Source of the DNA: Cirrosporium novae-zelandiae
Lineage: Eukaryota
DNA length: 64,000 nt
Direction of reading: 5' to 3'
Assembly (NCBI GenBank): GCA_026023565.1
Contig: JAPETS010000005.1
Span: 620,001-684,000, forward strand
Shown here: positions 23,325 to 37,669 of the stretch, piece by piece
Layout of the letters: each line of letters begins with the position of its first letter
Numbering within the stretch: the stretch's first letter is position 1
Notes under the pieces: generated by a model
Database searches by the model: none
Seen by the model: the letters and a program-made list of their open reading frames with translations, nothing else
Told to the model about the DNA's origin: nothing
Program-made: the position numbers and the translations under genes

Positions 23325-25064
23325 ATGGCCGCAGCCATGGCTGCAAATGGCACTTTTGCTTCGCCATCAGCCGATGCAACTTCTTATGTGCAGGCATTCA
23401 ACTATGATGCCAATGGTTTGCTATACCGGCTTCTGGACGGCGCCAGTTTTTGGAATGTTGCGACATCCCTCTTTCTCTTGGCCGTTGTCTACGATCAAGG
23501 TGAGGATTTATAGCTGAATTTTGATTTTCATGGACTGCGACATTTGAACCAATGCTGATCTGATGAAAAGTCAAGTATATAATGAACAAAGGAAAAATCG
23601 CTGGCCCTGCTTTCAAGTTTCCTTTCACGGGTCCCTTCCTCGAGTCGATGAATCCAAAGATGAGCGAGTACATGGCAAAATGGGCTAGCGGTCCTCTTAG
23701 CTGTGTTTCTGTCTTCCACAAGTAGTTTCCCCAGATATCTAAATTGTTTGAATAAATACTGACGGCTACATGCCCCTAGATTTGTTGTTATTGCATCCAC
23801 TCGTGACATGGCCCGTAAAGCATTTAATTCACCTCGTTTCCTTAAGCCATGCGTCGTCGATGCTGCTTACAAAATCCTTGGAGAGAAGAACTGGGTATTC
23901 CTAGATGGAAAGGACCATGTCGACTATCGCAAAGGTTTGAACAACCTATTTACACGCAGGGCGCTTGAGTGTTATCTTCCTAGAATGGAAGAAGTCTATG
24001 ATGATTACTATACCCGCTTCTTAGAGAAATCCAAGGAGGCCAATTTCATGCCTGTTCCATGGATGCATGAATTTCGCGAATTGATGTGCGCCGTTTCCTG
24101 CCGCACCTTTGTGGGTTACTATATCTCAGACTCTGCTATGAAGAAAATCGCAGATGACTATTACCTAATCACTGCTGCATTAGAACTTGTTAATTTTCCT
24201 GTCATCATCCCGTACACAAAGGCGTGGTACGGTAAAAAGTGTGCTGACATGGTTCTTGAAGAGTTCACAAAATGTGCTGCTAAAAGTAAAATTCGAATGG
24301 CGGCTGGAGGAGAAATTGTTTGCATCATGGATGCATGGATCAAGGAAATGTTGCAGTCAGCCAAATATCTAGAAAAGGTTGAAAGTGGTGCATCTGTTGA
24401 TCCATCTGAGAAGCCAAACCAGGTTATCCGCGAATTCTCCAACTTCGAAATTGCACAAACCGTCTTTACTTTCCTCTTTGCATCTCAAGATGCTACCAGC
24501 AGCGCTGCTACATGGCTTTTCCAGATCATGGCTGACCGTCCAGAGGTTCTCGACAAGGTTCGAGATGAGAATATTGCAGCCCGCAATGGCGATCGCAATG
24601 TTCCTCTAAGCATGAATCTTCTGGAAAGTCTTCCTTACACACGTGCCGTCGTCAAGGAGACTCTTCGCTACCGTCCTCCTGTCATAATGGTTCCATACAT
24701 GGCAAAGAAGGAATTTCCTATCTCTGAGAGCTATACTATTCCTAAGGGCGCTATGGTGATCCCCACTCTGTACCCAGCCCTCCACGACCCTGAAGCCTAT
24801 CCAAATCCTGACAGCTTCGAACCAGATCGGTGGATCAGTGGGAATGCAGATAAACAGGTTAAGAATTGGCTTGTTTTTGGAACAGGTTCACACGTCTGCC
24901 TGGGTCAGCACTACGCAGTGTACAACCTAATGGCAATGCTGGGGATTGCAAGCATGTATCTGGATTGGAAGCATAAGCCTACTCCTCAGAGTGAAGATAT
25001 AAAAGTTTTTGCCACTATCTTCCCTGAGGACGATTGCCACCTAGTCTTTACAAAGAAAACATGA
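23325..25064 (+). CDS. ERG5: Sterol C-22 desaturase (CYP61)
   Basis: [23 protein letters not shown] across two introns; I-helix [17 protein letters not shown], heme motif [10 protein letters not shown]. Confidence 0.95.
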
Positions 25065-25437
25065 GTATGATTATACACCGAATGAAGAGTATTGGAGCAA
25101 ATAAAGAAGCAATATGAATGGGGAATTGCTTCTGGGGATGAGAAAGGGAGGAAAGAAAAGGTCACCGAACGGTCCCATATGTGGACAAAATACTTAATAT
25201 CTGTCGTCTCTGCCAAGCATCTACTTTGCAGAGTCGAAAATTTCACTGCATGAGTTACGAGATTATCAGCAAGCAGGTAGCCCAACCAGTTAGATTCTCA
25301 TGACTATCGTTTTCGGCGCTGCTTATAGATAGTGAGATTGGTTAATGCCCTAAGGAGTAAATATGAATATGAATGTTTTAGCTATTCACGAATGTCTACC
25401 TATGGAATCAAACTGCAATGTTCATTTCACGGTTTAT

Positions 25438-26397
25438 TTATGCTGTTGAATGTCTCCAAATTAGTCGAGATGTCCTTCTTTTGATAAGAAACGCCATTAA
25501 CATAAGGTTGATCCAAAATCTGTGTGGCAACAGTTTTAACCAATTTAAATTGCCTTTGATTTCATAACCCCTTGGCTTGGCACCACAGCGAACCTGCGCA
25601 AAACTTGGGATAGCTCCAGTTTCATAGAACCCCAGTAATGCATCCATATCCTTTTCGTTCATATCAATAAGTTCATCGAGACTCCAGGATTCACATACTT
25701 GGGCCATCCTAGAGTGTGTTAATAGAGGCGCCTCATAATCTCCTGAAGAGTCTAAAATACCAACGCATCCTCTTTTTCCCTTCCTTAGGACCCGGCGCAG
25801 CCTTTCGAAGTCTCTGCCTCAACATCCCTACTTTTGTTATAGCTGTTCCAATCCTGCGTGGTAATTTCTTTGCGATCTGTTTTCGTACCATACTCGCCAT
25901 CTTTGGGCCATTTCCGTTGGTGCTCACCATTATCTGTAGTGGTCCATTGCGGTACACGCTACCGAAGAAGAAATCGCATTCTGACGGTACATCCGCTATA
26001 TTTGCGGGAATCCTCTTCTCTTTACAAAGCTTCCATATCTGCGACGAGACTTCCGGATCGTCAATTGCGCATAAAGCCATGTGGATAGGTTCGTTGTTGA
26101 GATCAGAGGGTTCGAACTTGCGATCAATGTGGGAAATTTGATTCTGGGAGACACGAAAAGCTACTTCGGGATTGAGACCGGATGAAGGTGCAATAACGGT
26201 GACTTTTGCGTCTGCGTTGAGAGCATTAAGGATTCGGCCTGCTGCTACCTGAGATTCAGTCAGATTGTTCGCAGATAAGACGAGCTGTAAGGAATTCTGA
26301 CATCGCCGCCACCAATCACTAGGACATGTTTATCTTTGATTTGATATGCTAAAATCAGTGAGCCGCCTCTTTGAATTTCTGGAAAATTCGTAGACAT
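25438..26397 (-). CDS. MET8: Siroheme synthase (precorrin-2 dehydrogenase/ferrochelatase), spliced
   Basis: GGSLILAYQIKDKHVLVIGGGDVAAGR, NIADVPSECDFFFGS, IMVSTNGNGP, QVCESWSL; two introns. Confidence 0.9.
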
Positions 26398-26808
26398 TGT
26401 ACAAGTAAAATTGATGTGGTTGCTAAGAGAAGCTTTCAGAGGAGCTTTTGAGCTTTCAAATGGTGACGCAATAGGGCTGTGGGCTGTTAAAAGGTCCTTG
26501 GCGGCGGAACAGTCTTTTTTCCTGTTCCGACGACCCCACGCGAAATGTGTGATAGGGCTTTCTTGATATTCTATCAATCTTGACTCACATAGCAGACATC
26601 CTTCCCTCATCAGTAGCTTACAACTTAAGGATCTTGGAATTATTACCGACGCTATTATAAATATCGCAGAGAAATTTGGAAATTTCAAGAGACGGAGAAC
26701 CTGGGTGAATCGCACAAGACGAGGATCAGAGCCGCCACAAGAATCTCATATTTGAGAGAACCCATCCACCTCTTTCCAACGCCCTAAACCCCACAAAATA
26801 TCACCACC

Positions 26809-27914
26809 ATGTCGTTAACAAACTGCCGTTTCTATGAGGAGAAGTATCCTAATATAGATGACTTTGTCATGGTCAACGTGAAGCAGGTATATTACCATCA
26901 GTCTCCAGCGACCCCACTTGGAAGCTAACCGCCACTTTTTAGATTGCGGAGATGGGAGCTTATGTCAAGCTACTTGAGTATGACAACATTGATGGCATGA
27001 TTTTACTTTCCGAGCTTTCCAGGCGGCGTATAAGAAGTATCCAAAAGCTCATCCGTGTGGGCAGGAATGAGGTTGTCGTTGTCTTGAGGGTTGATAAAGA
27101 GAAGGGTAATGTCGCAATGCTCTTCTATTAAAATGTACGAATATTGGACTTACGAGGAATGGACTAGGATATATTGATCTTTCAAAACGAAGAGTCTCTC
27201 CTGAAGATATTGTCAAGTGTGAAGAAAGATATAACAAAAGCAAGACCGTCCATTCAATCATGCGCCACGTTGCCGAAAAGACTCAAACACCTATCGAGTC
27301 CCTGTACCAGAACATCGGTTGGCCTCTAAACAAGAAATATGGCCATGCCATTGATGCCTTCAAGCTCTCTATCACGTATGTGCCTCGAGCCTACAAATAC
27401 CCAAAATTTACAGTACTAATACGCAAATAGAAATCCCGATGTCTGGAACGAAGTTACTTTCCCTAACGAAGTCGTTCGCGAGGAACTTCAATCATATATA
27501 TCGAAACGTCTCACCCCCTCTCCCACAAAGGTTCGCGCTGATGTCGAGGTTACCTGCTTCAATTACGAAGGTATCGATGCAGTGAAGGACGCTCTTCGGA
27601 CTGCAGAGGCCAACAATACCCCGCAATCCTTTGTGAAGGTCAAATTAGTTTCCCCGCCCCTCTACGTGTTGACCAGCCAGTGCCTGGAAAAAGCTACTGG
27701 TATTTCAACCTTGGAGAAGGCCATCGAAGGCATTAATGAGAAGATTACATCAGCCGGGGGGAAATGTGTGGTAAAGATGGCTCCTAAGGCCGTTACCGAA
27801 AACGAAGAGGCAGAACTCCAGGCTCTCATGGACAAACGAGAACGGGAGAACCAAGAAGTTTCTGGAGACGAGAGTATGAGTGAGAGTGATGAAGGCGTCG
27901 TTGGGGAAGCCTGA
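26809..27914 (+). CDS. SUI2: Translation initiation factor eIF2-alpha
   Basis: [14 protein letters not shown]...; [18 protein letters not shown] (Ser51 motif); [11 protein letters not shown]; three short introns; acidic C-terminus. Confidence 0.96.
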
Positions 27915-28689
27915 GGTTTTTGATTACCTTCCATCTTGCCAACTTCCGGCTTCCTATCATGCCTTTCTCTCTTCGTCTGAGAAAGGTGCCCAAAGTTAGC
28001 ACTCGCAGAGAGCGTCCTAGTAATTAGCGGGGACTGGGATGCTTCTTTCTCAAAAGTTGTGACAACCCGCCTAGGTTTTTTCGGGAGTCATGAATGGACG
28101 TTCGATGATAGCCTATTTGGCAGATGCAAAAAAGTTTGCATATGAGATCCATGAGGAATGCACGTCCATAAAGGTCTAGGAATTCTACAAACCAAAAATT
28201 TAAGAATCACCAAGTTTTGTCTCCTCAACTTTCGGCAATACACCCTTATTTTCATGTAATTGTGATATTGTTAGTTGCCGTGAGGGCTTAAACGTGCTCA
28301 GCATCCAGATGATGAGCTAGCTAGACAAATAGCTCTCCAACCTATGTACTGCGTACCACAGTAGTAGAATAAACAATGAAAGTTTTTAAGAAGATTGGAA
28401 TGTTCTTCAGGTTGATAGTTTTCACTGGCGTGACTTTGTTGGTTTTCATAATACCAAACCTTAACGTGTATCAGTACGTCATTGTCCGATGTTTATTGTC
28501 CAAACCACTGTACCGCCAAGTCGGCAACTCAGTGTGCCCACCTGTTTCAGAGCTTCCAACTTCCAACTTTCATAGGGTTTCCCCCATCCGCCTTTCCAGC
28601 TTCTGAGCTTCTCCTGGAACTATTCAATATCAATGTTGACTTAGAAAATATTAGCTGATATCTGCTTCTAAGAAGCATCGAAAGAGATC

Positions 28690-30892
28690 ATGGTTCAATG
28701 GCAGAAACTCCTCCATCTCAATGGTGATCGAGACCGCAGACACGAGTTCAGAGACGAATTTCGTCGACGTAAGTAATAATTCAAGTACAATTGACTTTTT
28801 TGCTTCGCGATCACTAATGTTTATTTTTTTAGTACTACCGATTACCAGCGATGATGTCTTGCCTTCTGCCATTCCACCCAAGGAAGTGACCAAAGTCGCT
28901 CTTCGATTGAAATATCAGATCGAACAGGTCATTCCATGTGAGCTTGATGAAGCGAAGGTTACTCAGCCCCATAGTCCGATTCTTACAAAACAGGTCGTCG
29001 AGACTACTAAGAAAGCAGGTGGGGAAGAGTACAAAGCCTGTATTGTCTATTGCTTGCTAGTATGCAAAAGATGGTTCCATAAACAGGCGTTGTGTGAGCT
29101 TTGGGATGCTGAAATGCACAATGTCAGAGCAACAGCTTGTGAAGTCCTCGCGAAGCTTATAATCGAATCCGAACAGGATCAGAACTTTCTTCTCTCTGAA
29201 ACTCTTCTAAAGCGGTATTCAATTATTCGAAATGGAGAGGAAACCCGTGCTGCCAATGTCATTGAGCGAGCTGTGGATCTGCATGCTCTCCGGGTCATCG
29301 GCTCTTCCGGCTACCAGAAATGCATCAAATTTCTCTGGAAAGGCTGGCTAGTTCAGGATGACGAAGACACATCTAGATTCATTGACTACAAGCAAAAAGA
29401 TAGTACAAACTATTGGGACCACTTCGACCCTGATCGAATGCGAGCTCCGATTTATCAGAATGCGTTGCAAATATTCTTCTCTCTGCTCTACCTAGCACTT
29501 TATACCGGAGCTATCAACACTATTAATAAAACCGCCGATCTAGATATTGTCGAAGTCATTCTCTATATAATGACTCTGGGATTCATTGTATGCTTAACCC
29601 TAAATTTCTTTACCGAAAACAGGCTGATGTGTCATTTCAGTGCGATGAGATAGCCAAGTTTTGGAAAATTGGGCGATTTTACTTCGGGTTTTGGAACGCT
29701 TTCAACAGCGCTCTATATGGCTTACTAATTGTGTCTTTTGTTACGAGAATGATCGCTCTATCTCATCCTCTAAAGGGTGACGACGATGAGAAGCGCAAAG
29801 ACTTCAATCAATTAAGCTATAACTTCCTAGCCTTCTCAGCGCCAATGTTCTGGATGCGCCTCTTGCTTTTCCTAGACACTTTCCGTTTCTTCGGGGCCAT
29901 GTTGGTAGTATTGAAAGTGATGATGAGAGAGAGTTTGATTTTCTTCGCCCTACTAGTTGTTGTTATTGTTGGATTCTTACAGGCCTTTGTTGGAATGGAT
30001 CAAGCCGATGACAATGGCAAAATAACAAGCTTCATTATTCAAGCAATGGCAAATAGTGTCATGCAAAGTCCCGATTTCGACGGTTTCGACAAATTCGCAC
30101 CTCCCTTTGGTATTATCTTGTATTATGTTTTCACTTTTGTAGTGATGGTTAGTAAGTACTACCAGGACGTCCCTTTTTTACTCAAGCTCTGGCCACTGAC
30201 GGTATTTACAGTTCTTCTAAACATCCTTATTGCACTGTATAATAGTGCTTATGAAGATATTACAGACAATGCGTCTGATGAATATATGGCTCTGGTACGA
30301 ACTCCGGCCCATGATATATAGAAATTACTACTAACCCTTTATCATAGTTCTCTGAAAAAACTATACAATTTGTCCGGGCACCTGACGAAAATGTCTTCAT
30401 TGCTCGTATGGAACTCCACTGTCTAGTCCTCGAGTGCATTATCAACTAACGAGTCCTTCATTCTTAGCTCTTAACCTGATCGAGATGTTCTTTCTGATCC
30501 TACCTTTTGAATGGTGGCTCCCAAGCCACCAATATGACCGTCTTAACGATTATGTCATGGGGGTGATCTATTCGCCCCTCCTTCTCATTACGGCATGGTT
30601 TGAAACCCGCCAAGCGTATGAGGTCTGTAGTAATCGGAGTCGAGGAGAGGAAGATGATGATACGATTGAGGAATGGGAGCAGATGACGGGAGAAATTGAC
30701 ATGGAAGCCGAGGGCTGGACAAAGCAGGTGGCCCACACGAAGCCAAACGTTGAAGCCAGTGCGGCAGTCGTCGAGGTAAGAGAAATGAGAAAGGAGTTAA
30801 GAGAATTAGCAAAAACAGTAGAGAAGCTCAAACAGGAGGATACCATGGGAGAGAGTTCCACTGTGCTTGGTGAGAGCACCTACGAAGGCTAA
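28690..30892 (+). CDS. YVC1: Vacuolar TRP cation channel
   Basis: LRLKYQIEQVIP, LRVIGSSGYQKCIKFLWKGW, FFGAMLVVLKVMM, LLNILIALYNSAY, FVRAPDENVF; multiple introns. Confidence 0.9.
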
Positions 30893-32078
30893 GAGTGGCC
30901 AATCGGGGGTAGTGTGTATAGGTACTATGTTTGAAGATGGGCAGTTAATAATGTAATTAATGAATTCATTGAGTGCACAATTTTATGGCACTTTTTTATT
31001 ACGACTACTTTGTCTCTATGTGATAGTCGTGGGATATAATTTTTTTTTCTTCTTATTTTTCTTCTATCGCTAGTCTAAATTTTCTACCAGTAATTAGAGT
31101 ATTCGGAGTTTAGAAACCAGGGGTCTCGGGGTCTGGTCCAGGCACAAGCCATCAAGCCGTCTAATTGTCCCTGCATCCCTCAACCATTATGACAACGGAT
31201 ATACTGTAACCAATGCGCATAACCCTCACTACCTTCACATTCTTCTCTTCGGACAGATGCAGTTTGATCCATGCCTTACCAACGGTCTATAAAGTCTATT
31301 TTGGTAGAATTCCCAGCACTCCAAGACCGCTCCAGTCTCAACCGCCCAGCAACATCTGAGACAGCCAAGGTATCATAATCCTGGCCATGCACAAGATTGG
31401 GTCTACTGGATTTAAGCATTTTTGCCGATAACCTTGAATAATACCTTATTGGAGATCTGGATTTCCTGGTCTATGATATCTTGTTACATTGCTTGTTGCT
31501 GGTTCTCGCTTTCTCTCCTTCTCTTCCAATGCAGCCTTTAACCTTAGGTTCATCATTGCCTTCTTATCGTTACTGCCGTTTCACTATCTACCCACTTTGA
31601 ATTCCTTCTAGCACCTTTCTACCGGGTGCATAATGCCCAGGTAATGACATCTTGTTAAGGGAGTCTTGTCTTTCTTCACCTCCACCGCCGTTATCGGGTG
31701 AAACCGCCACTCACCGGAGCCTCGAAGCCCTTAGAGCCTTCAAAGTCAAACATCTGCTATAGATCAAGCTTAATTCAAATCCTAATATTGCATTTCTTTA
31801 CTCACGCATGAGACGACCCTCAAGCATATCCTGTATCCAAGGAGTTTCTCCTTTCTCTCGGGTACTTCAAAGCTGGTCTTTCCCAATGCTTGATTCTTCG
31901 CATCTCTCTTTCTTTACACGAATTAACGGGTTCACGACATTCATTTCTATTGCCGCCGGCCGGCTTCTGATATTCTAACTTTCAATTTATCTTCTGTCCC
32001 AGCTATTGATATTCACTACCTCTGCTACCTTTGCAACACAATCATCCCATTTAAATAATTCTAGAAGACCGTCCAAAA

Positions 32079-33152
32079 ATGTATATTCACATTCTCCTAA
32101 CGACGACTTTACTGCTGTACGCCCAGCAATCTGGTGCCTCTATTGCCGGCAATGTCAAGTCATTGGCTCTCCTCCCTGAGCTCTATCATCACCGTATTTC
32201 CAGTGTTGAACTCCACGTTCGTCATGCTGCCGACGCTCTATTACACAAACGAGATCCCCTCCCGCAAGCCTCCAACTCTACTTTGGACACCCCTGCGCCT
32301 CAATCTGGCAATGCATCATTCTTCAACGCCACTGAATGGGAAGCCCAAACCTCTAAAGCATGCATGACGGCCATGACTGCTCTCAATGGAAATGCTTCTA
32401 ATCCCGCTGGTATGGCTGTGTGCTATAATCTCCCATTCCTAGACAACACGACTGGTGTCTTCGAGGCCGATTTACGCCTCTTTCAGATTGCAAATCCAAC
32501 CGGAGTATGGGTAGGAATGCAGATAAGAAGCGTGGGTGTCGGGTTGAGTTATCTAGGAGCAACAATTGCGAGTGGAAATGGAAGTATTCAGAAGCGAGAT
32601 ATGAGCGCAGATGTAATTGGAGCAGAGTTGAAAGAGAGACAGGCAATCACCAAGCCCACCATGCTTCAATCCTTCTCCTTTGTAGGTCAGATAAATGCCA
32701 ATTTGCTCGCCTCGTCGAATTTGGATGAGTAAGTCTATTCTCACCTCTTCCACGCTCTCCTGTTACGGAACTAACCTTAATTCATTAGACCTGCTCTCCA
32801 AGCTCTTCTTATTCCCGATGTTACCCTCACTGCCCTTTCTAAATCCTCTACTCCACTCAACACATCACTCTCCTCCACAGATGCATCCTTCCTCACCGGC
32901 GTCTTCTCCCAAAAATCCACTGGAACTACACCCTCTGCGGCTTCCGCCTCCGCTATCGTTGCCAATAGCTCAGCTTTCGTTTTGCCTGGAACAAGTCTCG
33001 CATTTTTTCCAGTTGGTCTAGTTATAACAAGCGTATGGACGGGGTTACTGTTTTTGGCTGTAGGGTTGGGCACAGTTGGTAGGGTAAGGTTCAGAGAACA
33101 TTACCGACGGAGGGTTAAGAGAGAGATTGCGATGGATGTTAGGACGATTTAG
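32079..33152 (+). CDS. Fungal hypothetical protein with signal peptide and C-terminal TM
   Basis: Exon 32079-32728, intron 32729-32788, exon 32789-33152; signal peptide, KR sites, SNPAGMAVCYNLPFLDNTTGVFEADLRL, TM FPVGLVITSVWTGLLFLAVGLG then RVRFREHYRRR. Confidence 0.75.
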
Positions 33153-33757
33153 ACTTAAGGGATATATGGGAACCAGGAGTTCTTTGAATTTGGGCTTGGG
33201 TGTTATTTTTCTCTGATAAATTCTAGCTAGGATACCATGATAATGTCTTTCTTTTCAATATATACCCTTTTCCATTAAGTTTGATAGACCTTGGTTCCCC
33301 CATTTTGTAAGTCGATGTCGTCGGCGAGGAATTTCGTTTAAATCTCTAACTAGATTTTATTCCACCTATGAAGGTAGTTTAGTAATACAGGCGCTCGGAT
33401 GCTGCAGAACTTTTGGGATTGACTGCGTACGAACTGTAACATATTATAGTCAATTTATTTATCAAGCTAGGATTTTCCAAAGAATTGAACCTTTTATTTT
33501 CCATATGTTGTAGATATTCTTTATACAATCCATAAAAACGAGGGCAAAGTGGTTGCCTGAATAGACGGGGCACTCCAGGCTGGCTCTCGGCCGTCGGAGA
33601 TTGTCGGAAGTGGTGAATTGATAATACCATCTTTATTACCTAGGTATTTTCCATCTCTTACTTCTCAAACAACTCTCTCCGCTCCGTTTGCTCCCTGGGG
33701 GCTTCACAGTCGCTACTTCTCCTCTGAGCGCACCCCCCAACCGCACATGAGAAGGCC

Positions 33758-35117
33758 ATGTCCCTCCCTAAACTATTCAATTTCTTCTTACCGTCGACTC
33801 CAACACCACCACATCTCACGCCCAATTCAGGCGGCAGCCGAATAACCCTCGAAGATGACCTTGGTGGACAGGATGTTGATTATATAGAATCAAGAAGTAG
33901 AAAGAGGTTGCGACGCACACATGAGGTGGAGGAGGAGAAAGAGATGGAAGGGCGACCTCCCTATTTTCACGTCAGTACTCCATCCTCCGTCTCCATCCTC
34001 GATGATACGAAGGCGACTTGATCTCTAGTTTTATATCAAGTCGATACATTTTCGGATATATCTGATCTTATGCCACAGTCCATGTTAGCAGGTGGTATTG
34101 GAGGAACAACTGGAGATATGTTAATGCATTCCTTGGACACAGTTAAGACCCGACAGCAGGGTGATCCGCATATTCCTCCTAAATACACAACTCTCTCCTC
34201 GTCATATTCCACAATTTTTCGACAGGAAGGCTTTGTTCGAGGCTTATACAGTGGCGTTACGCCTGCTTTCCTTGGTTCTTTTCCAGGAACTGTTATTTTC
34301 TTTGGCACATATGAGTATAGCAAAAGATATTTGATAGACAGGGGGTGTAATTCCTCGTTGGCATACTTAGCTAGCGGTGAGAGCTCGGTGCTACGCTATA
34401 TTATTCATGTTACAAAAGTTACTAATATATCTTCATAAAGGTTTTATTGCTGATCTCGCTGCATCCTTCGTTTACGTGCCTTCAGAGGTACTTAAGACAC
34501 GCCTTCAACTCCAAGGCCGGTATGATAATCCTTATTTCAACTCCGGTTACAATTACCGTTCGACACTGGATGCCTTCCGGACAGTTGTCCGCACTGAAGG
34601 TGCAGGCGCTCTCTTCTACGGTTACAAGGCCACGATCTTCCGTGACTTACCATTTTCTGCCTTACAGTTTGCTTTCTACGAACGGGAACATCAATTAGCC
34701 ATTGAATGGCAAGGAAGTAGAGATATTGGGCTATCCCTTGAGATTTTGACCGCGACAACCGCAGGAGGAGCCGCGGGTGTTATAACGTGTCCATTGGATG
34801 TGGTAAAAACCCGGGTTCAAACTCAACAGAATTCATCCCCAGAATCATCAATACAAGCACCTACCTCTCGGCGAAAGAATCCTCTTAGTAAAAATCCGAC
34901 AGGGGCTTCATCAACACTCTCAACTTCTTCGGTTTTCACAGGCCTCAAACTCATATATCAAACTGAAGGCATAGCTGGCTGGTTCCGTGGTGTAGGACCA
35001 CGTTTTGTATGGACGAGCGTTCAGAGTGGAACTATGCTTGTGCTTTATCAAATCTTGTTAAAAAAGATGGCAGCAAGCGGGTGGGGACTCAGTGGAGAAG
35101 GGGTCCCGGTATTGTGA
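33758..35117 (+). CDS. MME1: Mitochondrial carrier, Mme1/YMR166C-like
   Basis: Three carrier repeats (HSLDTVKTRQQ, PSEVLKTRLQ, PLDVVKTRVQ); introns 33970-34078 and about 34377-34440. Confidence 0.75.
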
Positions 35118-35974
35118 ACGGGGATGAAAATTAGTAGAAGACGGTTTTTGAAGATGAAAAGATACCCTTTTCGTTGTTGAAATGCTTCCCTTCTAGACAG
35201 CCAGGGAAATATAGAAGGGGGGTTCTGCCAGGCAGCATGCATCGCCAGGCGTTTGATTCTGGGCCATCTGAGGCTGTTGTGCTTTGGTGAGGGGATGGAT
35301 GCCTCGACAAGAAGTACGGCAGACTGATTGATGTATAAGGACATATAGATGTACAGTACAATAACTACAAATAGACACATTGATCAACATCGGACCGCGC
35401 CAGACGAGCTTCCTAATCTGTAGGTGTCCTGCAGATGTTCAGTTTAGGAAGTCCGGCATAATAGTCTAATGTCTTGATGGTACCTATTCGGCTTAACCCC
35501 GGATGCCTTGGATGGTACTTTATAGTTATCATGGCAATCATCCCATGCATATTAGGTGCGGTGTGGGATTAATTTGGGGTTTTGGTGGGTTTTTCCGTGA
35601 ACTGAAGAGATGTTTACCCGACTGCTAATTAAATTATGAGAATTATACCAAGTAGTACTAACCATAGTTTACGGTTGATCTTCGGTATTGCCTTCCTGAG
35701 TGGTGCACGTGTGGTGATACTGGTGAGTCTGTGATAGATTGTATTCAGGCTGAATACAAAATAACCCTCCTTAACCCCACGTTTCTTGGAGTTATCGGTA
35801 CGATAATCCGTCCCACAATCACTATCCACAAATACCCCACAGCCTATAACGCGTAAATTCACTATATACGTGTCTATATCAACCACCCATCCTCCATTCA
35901 AACATGTCTTTACTTTCCCATTATCCCTCGTCTCCATTATCTATATTCTTCTTTATTCTAGAATTCTACTCAAT

Positions 35975-37669
35975 ATGGCAAGCGGGTACTTGAGAGTTGA
36001 AGGCGAGAAAATCGTCGATGGTAATGGCAAACCAGTCATCCTCCGTGGTGCTGCTATTGGAGGATGGATGAAGTAATAATACCCTTATAATCTCTATCTT
36101 TAAAAGGATTCTCTAACCTGCGACCCTCATAGCATGGAGAATTTCATTACGGGTTACCCCGGTCAAGAGCACCAACATAGGGCTGCTATGCTCAAAGTTC
36201 TAGGACAGGAAAAATATGAATACTTTTTCGATAAATGGCTTGAATATTTCTTCACGGATAAGGATGCGGAATTTTTTGCTAGCTCGGGACTGAATTGCTT
36301 GAGACTACCCTTTAACTATCGACATCTTGAGGATGATATGAATCCTAGAGTCCTAAAAGAAGAGGGATTCAAGCACTTGGATCGTGTGATTGACATTGTA
36401 TGATCAGCTCCCTGTCGGCAACTTTGTTGTAATTTATTGGGCGGTTTTTCGTGGACATACTGATTGGATGATAGTGCACAAAACACAATATCTACACTAT
36501 CCTCGACATGCATACCGTCCCTGGCGGTCAAAATCCAGACTGGCACTCGGATAACCCAACCAACTATGCCGCTTTCTGGGACTACAAAGATCACCAAGAT
36601 CGTGCTATTTGGCTCTGGCAACAGATTGCCGCTCGTTACAAAGACAACACATGGGTTGCTGGCTACAACCCTCTTAACGAGCCCTGTGATCCTGAGCATG
36701 TGCGTCTACCAGCATACTATTCTAGACTGGAAAAGGAGGTCAGGAAGGTGGATGATAAGCATATTTTGTGGCTTGATGGAAATACATTTGCGATGGAGTG
36801 GATTGGATTTGATAAAATATTACCGAACTCGGTTTATGCTTGCCACGACTATGCCGTAAGACCATCATAATATTAGTGTCATCCCTGACATGTCTATACT
36901 AATAATGTTTCCTTTGCAGATGATGGGCTTCCCCACCGGCGGTACCTACACGGGCACCGACGAACAAAATGCCAAGCTCGAAAACCAATTCGTCCGCAAA
37001 GCCACCTATATGACCTCGCACGGTACACCTTGCTGGAATGGCGAGTTCGGTCCCGTGTATGCGAATCCCGTCATGGAAGGGGAGAAGGAAGCCGCCAAGA
37101 TCAATCAGGCCAGGTACAACATGCTAGGCCAACAGCTCAAGGTATATGACAAGTACGGTGTACACTGGAGCATTTGGCTGTACAAGGATATCGGGGTCCA
37201 AGGTATGATGTACACAAGCCCCGATAGCAAGTGGAATAAAAGGCTAGCAAGTTGGCTGGAGAAGAAGAAGAGGTGCCAGTTGGATGCGTGGGGGAAATAT
37301 CCTTCCCTTGAAGTCGACGCTGTTCTAAACCCTCTTGTCGCATATATCGACAAGGTTTCTCCAACGGCAAACTCAACATATCCAGGACCCTGGAATACCA
37401 AACGACATATCGAGCGTGCAGTTATGCAAACATTCCTCTCTCAGTCTCTATCAATAGAGTTTGCAGAGTTATTCAAGGGTTGCAGCAAAGAAGATCTGGA
37501 TGCCCTAGCGCATAGCTTCCATTATGATGAGTGTGTGAAGAGAGATGGACTTTATAAGATTTTGAGAGAGCATGCTAGCATGCCTAAGGGTGAACCGCAG
37601 AAGATTCCACTATTCGATGATCTGGTCAAGGCAGGAAAGGCATGCTATGATAGGCCCCAGGGCGTTTAA
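35975..37669 (+). CDS. Glycoside hydrolase family 5 (GH5_22-like), no signal peptide
   Basis: [27 protein letters not shown], acid/base YNPLNEP, nucleophile WNGEFG, WSIWLYKD; three introns. Confidence 0.88.
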
